Positions 57,687 to 64,000 of a stretch of DNA of 64,000 nt are shown here, in pieces. Source of the DNA: Candidatus Eiseniibacteriota bacterium (GTDB lineage: Bacteria > Eisenbacteria > RBG-16-71-46 > CAZEPH01); the NCBI GenBank assembly GCA_044229145.1, contig JBGATO010000002.1:1-64000 (forward strand), written 5' to 3'. The position numbers were made by a program, and so were the translations under genes. The notes under the pieces are model-generated. The model worked only from the letters and a program-made list of their open reading frames with translations. It was not told the origin of the DNA and searched no databases. The stretch's first letter is position 1; each line of letters starts with the position of its first letter.

Positions 57687-58007
57687 CTACTCTCCGTACA
57701 TCTCCGTCAGCGTGCGGCGGAGCGCGGACGCCTCGACGGCGGTGAGCCGTCCGATCTTGTCGCGCACACGCTTCTTGCTCACCGTGCGAATCTGATCGAC
57801 CGCCACGTCGGCCGGTTGCCCCTCGCATTTGACCAGCACGCGTGACCGCCAGGTCGGCCTCGGTTGCGAGGTAAGCGGACACACCGTGATGGTGTGCAGG
57901 TGCCGATTCAGTTCGTCGAGACTGACGATGACGGCCGGCCGAGTCTTGCCGATCTCCGCGCCGCGCACGGGATCGAACTCGACCCACACGATGTCGTAGC
58001 GCTTCAT
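57687..58007 (-). CDS. mazF: MazF/PemK endoribonuclease toxin
   Basis: DPVRGAEIGKTRPAVIVS, CPLTS, DQIRTVSK. Confidence 0.9.
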   Translation of the reverse strand: MKRYDIVWVEFDPVRGAEIGKTRPAVIVSLDELNRHLHTITVCPLTSQPRPTWRSRVLVKCEGQPADVAVDQIRTVSKKRVRDKIGRLTAVEASALRRTLTEMYGE

Positions 58008-58327
58008 CGCCGCGGCTTCCGCGGCGACTTGGTTTTGTAGGCGGGAGCCTTTTCCGCGACCTTCGAGACCCACGGGGCGGATTCGAGCCCGTCGGCATTC
58101 GTCGAATCCCATGCCGCCCAATCCTCGACGGCGGCTGCCATTTCACGCGCCGTATCAGCCCACGAGAGCTTCTCGGCGGCGTTTCCCGCGGGCCGCAGCA
58201 GGATGCCGTCGCTACGCTCCTCCATGATGACACTGTCGCCGATGTGGAAGCGCTTGAGCGTCGCGGCGGGAATCCGCACGCCGCGCGAGTTGCCGATCTG
58301 GGCGATTTTCAGGCGGATAGCTGGCAT
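58004..58327 (-). CDS. mazE: AbrB/MazE antitoxin
   Basis: IGNSRGVRIP; ATGA overlap with mazF. Confidence 0.88.
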   Translation of the reverse strand: MPAIRLKIAQIGNSRGVRIPAATLKRFHIGDSVIMEERSDGILLRPAGNAAEKLSWADTAREMAAAVEDWAAWDSTNADGLESAPWVSKVAEKAPAYKTKSPRKPRR

Positions 58328-58363
58328 GTGCTTACAGTAACTACATCGAAAGTGTGCTGTCAA
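58326..58363 (-). promoter_or_regulatory. Leaderless mazEF promoter with operator
   Basis: TTGACA-N18-TACTGT-N6-ATG; imperfect palindrome ATGTAGTTAC-T-GTAAGCACAT. Confidence 0.7.
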
Positions 58364-58388
58364 TGAGCGCGGGGCACGCCCGGGCGCG

Positions 58389-58874
58389 TCATGCGCGGAT
58401 CTCCACCTCGCCCTCGATCTCGACCGGAATGCGGAACGGCAACTCCGCCATCCCGACCGCGCTGCGCGCATGCGCGCCAACCTCCGGCCCAAACACTTCG
58501 AGGATGAGATCGCTGAACCCGTTGATCACCTTCGGCTGTTCGATGAAACCCGGCGCCGAGTTGACCATGCCGAAGAAGCGTCCGAATGCCGTGATGCGAT
58601 CGAGGTCGCCCAGCGCACGCTGCAGGCTGCCGAGGATCGACAGCGCCGTAAGACGCGCCGCGACGTAGCCTTCATCGACCGTGAGGTCGCTCCCGACCTT
58701 CCCGAACGGCGCGGCGAATGAACCGTCCGCCGCTTGCGGTCCGTGTCCGCTGATCAGCGCCCGCGTCCCGACGACGCGCACGAACTGGAACGGCAGCACG
58801 AAGCCGGGCGGCGGCACCGTTGGCGGCGGCAGGACGAGGCCGAGGCCGGCGAGGCGGTTGGCGATCTGGGACAT
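58389..58874 (-). CDS. RidA/YjgF family protein
   Basis: ISGHGP, NGFSDL, HARSAVG, PVEIE. Confidence 0.88.
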   Translation of the reverse strand: MSQIANRLAGLGLVLPPPTVPPPGFVLPFQFVRVVGTRALISGHGPQAADGSFAAPFGKVGSDLTVDEGYVAARLTALSILGSLQRALGDLDRITAFGRFFGMVNSAPGFIEQPKVINGFSDLILEVFGPEVGAHARSAVGMAELPFRIPVEIEGEVEIRA

Positions 58875-58902
58875 GGGGATCTCCGGAGAACGTTGAGTGC
58901 GG

Positions 58903-59881
58903 CTACTGCGAGCCGCCGCCGAGGAGGCACTCCATGTACACGACGCCCTCCAGCGGATTGTCGTAGTACGGCGCGATCTCGACGAAGCCGAGCGTGCGGT
59001 ACAGCGCCTGCGCCGCCTGCATCTGCTGTGGCGAGCGTGTCGAGGCGCATCGCGCGGTAGCCGATCTCGCGCGCCGCATCGAGCACGGCGAGCGCGAGCG
59101 CGCGGCCGAGGCCGGTGCCGCGTGCCGAGGGCGTGACGAACAGCCGCTTCATCTCGCAGATGTCGCCGTCGAGCGGACGCATCGCGATGCAGCCGACGGC
59201 GGTGCCTTCGCCCGTTTCCGCCACGAACAGCCGCCCGCGCGGCGGCGCGTACTTGCCCGGCAGCGCCGCGAGTTCCGCCGAGAAGCCCTGGAAGCACAGA
59301 TCGAGCGCCGTGTCCTCTTCGTACGCGCGGAACAGCGCCCGCACGGTGTCGAGATCGGCGTCCAGCGCCGGGCGAATCACGAATGGCGACGAGGTGCCCT
59401 GTCCCACGATCGCACTCCTCCTCTCGAGCAACACGGTGTCGCGCCACACGCCGTGCAGACGCCCGACCCGCTCTCGCACGCCGACGTCGCGGAAGCCGCA
59501 GGCGCGATGCAGCGCGAGGCTCGCCGCGTTGTCGGCCAGCACGCCGGCCTGCAGCGTCCACACGCCCGCCGCCTCCGACGCGGCGATCAGCGCCTCCAGT
59601 AATGCGCGGCCGACGCCCTGTCCGCGCGCCGACGCCGCAACGTACAGCCCGACATCCGCGACACCGCGATAGCACGCCCGCGACGACACCGGCGACAGCG
59701 CCGCCCAGCCGACGACCGCGCCGTCGCGCCGCGCCACCAGCCGTCCGGCCGCCAGCCGCGACGCATCGAATCGCTCCCACGACGGCACCGCCGTCTCGAA
59801 CGTCGCCATGCCGGTGGCGATGCCCTCGGCATAGATCGCCGCGATGGCCGGCCAGTCGGCGGCTGTGAAGGTGTCGATCAT
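58903..59881 (-). CDS. Tandem double-GNAT protein with an apparent +1 frameshift near 59032
   Basis: Domain 1 ATFET...NAASLALH (phosphinothricin-acetyltransferase-like); domain 2 LCFQGF...EMKRLFV...LDTL, continuing in another frame as [13 protein letters not shown]. Confidence 0.78.
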
Positions 59882-60411
59882 GCGTGTCTCCGGCGATGCG
59901 GCCACGTCGGCCCGGGCGGCGGCGGCACCGCCGCGTCCGGCGCCGCGCGCCGCGCGAGTTCGAGCCGCAACGAATCGAGCCCGCGCGCCATCGCCCAGCG
60001 GTGATTGAAGGCGAACAGCGGCCGCAAGAACGGCGTCAGCGCGCGCAAGAGCGGCTTCTCGGCGCGGATGCGCCAGTCGTAGACGATGTCGACGTCGTCG
60101 CCGCGCTGCGTGAACGTCCACTCGCCGCGCCCGACGAAATCGCCCTCGGCGGCGATGGTGAAGCCATGCGGCGTGCGCACGTCGACGACGCGGAAGTGCC
60201 AGCGCAGCGTGTACGGCAGCCAGCCCTTCGTCCACAGCGCGACCCGGCGGCCGACGCCGCGCGCGTCGCCCGGCTCGACGACGCGGACGTCGAGGTACAC
60301 GCTTGGCCACCAGCGCGCGAGGCCGGGCGCGTCGCCGAGGATGTCGCTGACCTCCTGCGCGGTGCCGGGCACCGTCCAGCGGGTGACGAAGTGGTAGTCG
60401 TTGACGGCCAT
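59878..60411 (-). CDS. SRPBCC/polyketide cyclase-like protein
   Basis: YHFVTRW, RWWP, LPYTL, GDFVGRGEW, FAFNHRWAM. Confidence 0.8.
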   Translation of the reverse strand: MAVNDYHFVTRWTVPGTAQEVSDILGDAPGLARWWPSVYLDVRVVEPGDARGVGRRVALWTKGWLPYTLRWHFRVVDVRTPHGFTIAAEGDFVGRGEWTFTQRGDDVDIVYDWRIRAEKPLLRALTPFLRPLFAFNHRWAMARGLDSLRLELARRAAPDAAVPPPPGPTWPHRRRHA

Positions 60412-60525
60412 CGCCTCTCTCGTGCGCGGAACTGTCGGGGGGAGGACGTATGCTCCGGGGCCCACGCGGAGACTCGGAGATTTCATGGACGGACGTTCGG
60501 CACCGGCACGGCGGATCGCAGCGCG

Positions 60526-61656
60526 ATGAGATTCCTGCACACCGCCGATTGGCATCTCGGCCGCATGCTCGCCGGCTACTCGCTGCTCGATGATCAAGCG
60601 CACGTCCTCGACCAGTTCGTCGCGCTGGTGCGCGAGACGCGGCCGGACGCCGTGCTGCTCGCCGGAGACGTCTACGATCGCGCGGTGCCGCCGGCCGACG
60701 CGGTCGCGTTGCTCGACGACACGGTCGCGCGTCTGGCGGCGTGCGGCGTGCCGCTCGTCGCGATCGCCGGGAATCACGATAGCCCCGAGCGTCTCGGCTT
60801 CGGCAGCCGCCTTTTCGCGGGCGGCGGGGTCCACATCGCGGGGCCACTGGGGGCCACGCCGTTGCGCGTGCCGCTGGCGGACGCGCACGGGCCGCTGCAC
60901 ATCGTCGCGCTGCCGTACGCGGAGCCGGCGGTGGTGCGCGAGGTGCTCGGCCGCGACGACCTCGACTCGCACGACGCGGCGATGGGCGCACTGTGCGACG
61001 TGGTGCGCGCGGCGACGCCGGCCGGCACGCGGGTGGTGCTCGTCGCGCACGCGTTCGTGGCGGGCGGCGAGGAGAGCGCGTCGGAGCGCGCGCTGAGCGT
61101 CGGTGGCAGCGGCGTCGTGGCGCCGGAGCGCTTCGACGGCTTCGCGTACGTGGCGCTTGGGCACTTGCATCGCCCGCAGTTGGCGGGCGGGCCGCGCGTG
61201 CGCTACAGCGGGTCGCTGCTCAAGTACTCGGCGAGCGAGGCGCTGCAGCGCAAGTCGGTGTCGCTCGTCGAGGTCGACGCGGCGGGCGCGGCGCAGGTCG
61301 AGGAGATCACGCTGGCGCCGCGGCGCGATTTGCGCGTGGTGACAGGCGAACTCGACACGCTGCTGCGCGAGCCGCCGAGTGACGACTACATCCACGTGCG
61401 CCTGCTCGACCGCGAGCCGCCGCACCAGCCGGCGGAGCGGTTGCGCGCGGTGTTTCCGTCTCTGCTCGGCGTCGAGTTCGCCGGTGTCGACGCGCCCGGC
61501 TCGCTGGATGTCACCGCGATCGAACGCACGCGCCGCCGCAGCGACCTCGAGGTGTTCGACGACTTCGTCCGCGCGATGACCGGCGAGGCGATGTCCGACG
61601 CGGAGCGCGAGGCGTTCGCGGCCGCCGTCGGCACGCGTGCGGAGGACGACGCGTGA
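60526..61656 (+). CDS. sbcD: Exonuclease SbcCD subunit D
   Basis: HTADWHLG, AGDVYD, GNHD, ALGHLH, YSGS. Confidence 0.94.
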   Translation: MRFLHTADWHLGRMLAGYSLLDDQAHVLDQFVALVRETRPDAVLLAGDVYDRAVPPADAVALLDDTVARLAACGVPLVAIAGNHDSPERLGFGSRLFAGGGVHIAGPLGATPLRVPLADAHGPLHIVALPYAEPAVVREVLGRDDLDSHDAAMGALCDVVRAATPAGTRVVLVAHAFVAGGEESASERALSVGGSGVVAPERFDGFAYVALGHLHRPQLAGGPRVRYSGSLLKYSASEALQRKSVSLVEVDAAGAAQVEEITLAPRRDLRVVTGELDTLLREPPSDDYIHVRLLDREPPHQPAERLRAVFPSLLGVEFAGVDAPGSLDVTAIERTRRRSDLEVFDDFVRAMTGEAMSDAEREAFAAAVGTRAEDDA

Positions 61657-64000
61657 AGCCGCTGCGGCTACGTCTCCGCGCCTTTGGCGCCTTCGCCGGC
61701 GAGTGCGACCTCGACTTCCGCACCCTCGGCGCGCGCACCTTCTTCCTCATCCACGGGCCCACGGGCGCGGGGAAGTCGACCATCCTCGACGCGCTCTGCT
61801 TCGCCCTGTACGGCGAAAGCTCCGGCGACGAGCGCAGCGGCGCGCAACTGCGCTCCGATTACGCCGCGCCCGAGACGCCGACCGACGTCACGCTCGACTT
61901 CGCCGTCGGACGCGAGATCTACCGTGTCCAGCGCGCGCCTGAATACGAACGGGCGAAGAAGCGCGGCGAGGGCACCACGACCGTGAAGGCGTCGGCGACG
62001 TTGTGGCGCCGCACTGGCTGCGCGCGCGACGAGGACGAGGGCCGCGTGCTGGCCGCCAAGCCGAGCGACGCGACGAAGGAAATCGAGCGCTTGCTCGGCT
62101 TCCGCGCCGAGGAGTTCCGCCACGTCGTCGTGTTGCCGCAGGGCCGCTTCCGCGAGGTGCTGACGTCGTCGACGGACGATCGCAAGGCGATCTTCGAGAA
62201 GCTGTTCCGCACCGCGCGGTTCGCGTCGGTGCAGAAGACGCTCGACACGCGGGCGAAGGAGGCGCGGCGCGCGCTCGACGACGCGCTGACGGCGGTGCAG
62301 GCGCTACTCGATCGCGCCGGCGTCGCGGACGATGCCGGACTCGCCGCGCAGGTGGGCGAGCTGGCCGCGGCGGAAACGGCGGCGGCGGCGGCGTTGCAGA
62401 CGGCGGCCGCGGCCGAGGCGCATGCGCGTGCGACGTTGCAGGCGGCGCAGGAGGTCGACGCGAAGTTCGTCGAGGCGGCGAACGCCGATGCGGCGCTGAC
62501 CGCGTTGGAAGCGGAGCAGGCGACGCATGTCGCGCGTGCCGCGCGGCTGGAGGCCGCCGGGCGCGCGACGCACGTGGACGCCGCGGCGCAGGCGGCGGTG
62601 ACGGCGGGCGAGGAGGTTGCCCGCGCGCAGACCCGCGCGGATCAGGCCGGCGTGGCCGCGTCGGAGGCAACTGCGCGCGCGGCGCAGGCGAGCGAGGCGC
62701 GGGCGACGCGGAGGCGCGCGTGCCGGAGCAGGCCGCCGCGCGCCGAGGAGGCGTGGGCTCGACGCGCTCGCCGTGCATGCGAGTGCGTGGGACAGAGGCG
62801 CGTGGGAGCATGGCGGAGGCGGCGCGGACGGCGCTCGACGCTGCGGGGCGCGCGACGGCCGCGGGTGCGGCGGAAGCGTGCGACGCCGCGCGCCTCGGCG
62901 CGGCGAACGCCGCCGTCGCCGCGACGCCTGCGCGCCGAGGCCGCGAAGGCAGAGGCCGCGCGCCGCGCCGCCTCCGACGCGGCGGCGCTCTGCACGACGG
63001 CACAACAGGCCGCCGACCTCGCTCGCACGCTGGCGACAGAGCGCGATGTCGTCGAGAGCGACCAGGGCGCCGTCGCCCGCGCGCAGGAGATGGCTGCCGC
63101 CGCCCACGAGCAGGTCGCCGCGTGCAGCTGCGTGGCTCGCAGATCAGGCGGCGCTGCTCGCCGCGCGCCTCGTCGACGGCGAGCCGTGCGCCGTCTGCGG
63201 CGCCCGCACCCGGCGCCGGCGCGCGTCGACGGTGGCGGCGTCTCGTCCGGTGACCTCACCACCGCGCGCGACGCCGCGCGTACCGCCGATGCCGCGGTGG
63301 CCACTGCGCTCGAAGCGCTCGGACGCTCGCAGGCTGCCGTCGCACGCTCCGAGGAGAAACTCGCCGGCCTGCTCCGCGCACTGCCCGCTTTCGAGGGCGA
63401 CGTCGACGCGCATGTGCCGGCTGGCGCGCCGTCGCCGAGGACGCGGCGGCGAGCCGCCGCGGCCGAGGAGGCGGCGAGCCGGCTCCCCGCATTGCAGGCC
63501 GCCGCGGACGCGGCATCCGCCGCCTTGCGACCGCCAGCACCGCCGCCGACACCGCGCGCGGCGACGTGCAGCGCCTCGAAGGCGCGGCGGCGGCGGCCGC
63601 CGCTGCCCTTGCCCGCGCCGAGGCCGCGCTCCCGCCGGGTGGCGCTCGGCGCGACGGCGCCCTCGAGGCCGCGCGCACCGCGCACCAGGCGACGATCGAG
63701 GCCATCGATGCCGCGCCCACGCAGAGCCGCGCCGACGATCGACCGCCGCCCAGGCCGCCGTGGCGGCGGCCGCCGCCACGGCCGCACGCGAGCACCTCGC
63801 CGAGCGCACGACCGCCGCCACCGCCGCCGAATCCGCCTTCCTCGCCGCATGCACAGCGCATGGATTCGCCGACGCCACCGCCTACCGCGCCGCGCGACTC
63901 GACGCCGCGGAACACGCCGCCCTGCGCGCTGCCCACGACGCGCACGAGCAAGCGCTCGCCGCCGCCCGCGACCGCCGCGACCGCGCCGCCGCCGCGCTCG
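61653..64000 (+). CDS. sbcC: SbcC/SMC ATPase, frameshifted in the coiled coil and truncated by the window edge
   Basis: GTG start; GPTGAGKSTILDA; LPQGRF; zinc-hook GEPCAVCG near 63178-63207 lies in a different frame from the start. Confidence 0.85.
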   Translation, partial: MKPLRLRLRAFGAFAGECDLDFRTLGARTFFLIHGPTGAGKSTILDALCFALYGESSGDERSGAQLRSDYAAPETPTDVTLDFAVGREIYRVQRAPEYERAKKRGEGTTTVKASATLWRRTGCARDEDEGRVLAAKPSDATKEIERLLGFRAEEFRHVVVLPQGRFREVLTSSTDDRKAIFEKLFRTARFASVQKTLDTRAKEARRALDDALTAVQALLDRAGVADDAGLAAQVGELAAAETAAAAALQTAAAAEAHARATLQAAQEVDAKFVEAANADAALTALEAEQATHVARAARLEAAGRATHVDAAAQAAVTAGEEVARAQTRADQAGVAASEATARAAQASEARATRRRACRSRPPRAEEAWARRARRACECVGQRRVGAWRRRRGRRSTLRGARRPRVRRKRATPRASARRTPPSPRRLRAEAAKAEAARRAASDAAALCTTAQQAADLARTLATERDVVESDQGAVARAQEMAAAAHEQVAACSCVARRSGGAARRAPRRRRAVRRLRRPHPAPARVDGGGVSSGDLTTARDAARTADAAVATALEALGRSQAAVARSEEKLAGLLRALPAFEGDVDAHVPAGAPSPRTRRRAAAAEEAASRLPALQAAADAASAALRPPAPPPTPRAATCSASKARRRRPPLPLPAPRPRSRRVALGATAPSRPRAPRTRRRSRPSMPRPRRAAPTIDRRPGRRGGGRRHGRTRAPRRAHDRRHRRRIRLPRRMHSAWIRRRHRLPRRATRRRGTRRPARCPRRARASARRRPRPPRPRRRRA

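Noticed and set aside
60503..60520. CGGCACGGCGGATCGCA upstream of sbcD as a sigma54 promoter
   Set aside because: The spacing is GG-N11-GC and the site is too close to the start codon.

Overview
Very GC-rich bacterial chromosomal DNA with about 55 genes. I found no rRNA, tRNA, CRISPR array, integrase or transposase. Six secreted proteins end in an FlgD-Ig/T9SS-type-A-like C-terminal domain, which suggests an FCB-group lineage such as Eisenbacteria (inference). Recognisable genes: an EmrAB-TolC efflux operon behind a sigma54-type promoter, pckG, a 4-hydroxybenzoyl-CoA-reductase-like hcrCAB molybdoenzyme, two acyltransferases, an M13 peptidase, tryptophanase, purEK, a LemA/TPM cluster, Trp 2,3-dioxygenase, two type II toxin-antitoxin pairs and sbcD plus a frameshifted sbcC. 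The best candidate for an undescribed system is 23533-29979. It has a topologically inverted histidine kinase (kinase core at the N-terminus, one TM helix, C-terminal extracytoplasmic domain) and a sigma54 activator with a degenerate ATPase. These are divergent from a sigma54 promoter upstream of a secreted protein made of four exact-length 166-aa Cys-containing repeats. The second candidate is a tryptophanase / iodotyrosine-deiodinase-like / haloacid-dehalogenase-like gene run. Leaderless-type promoters are common across the window. All calls come from reading motifs by eye; no searches were run.
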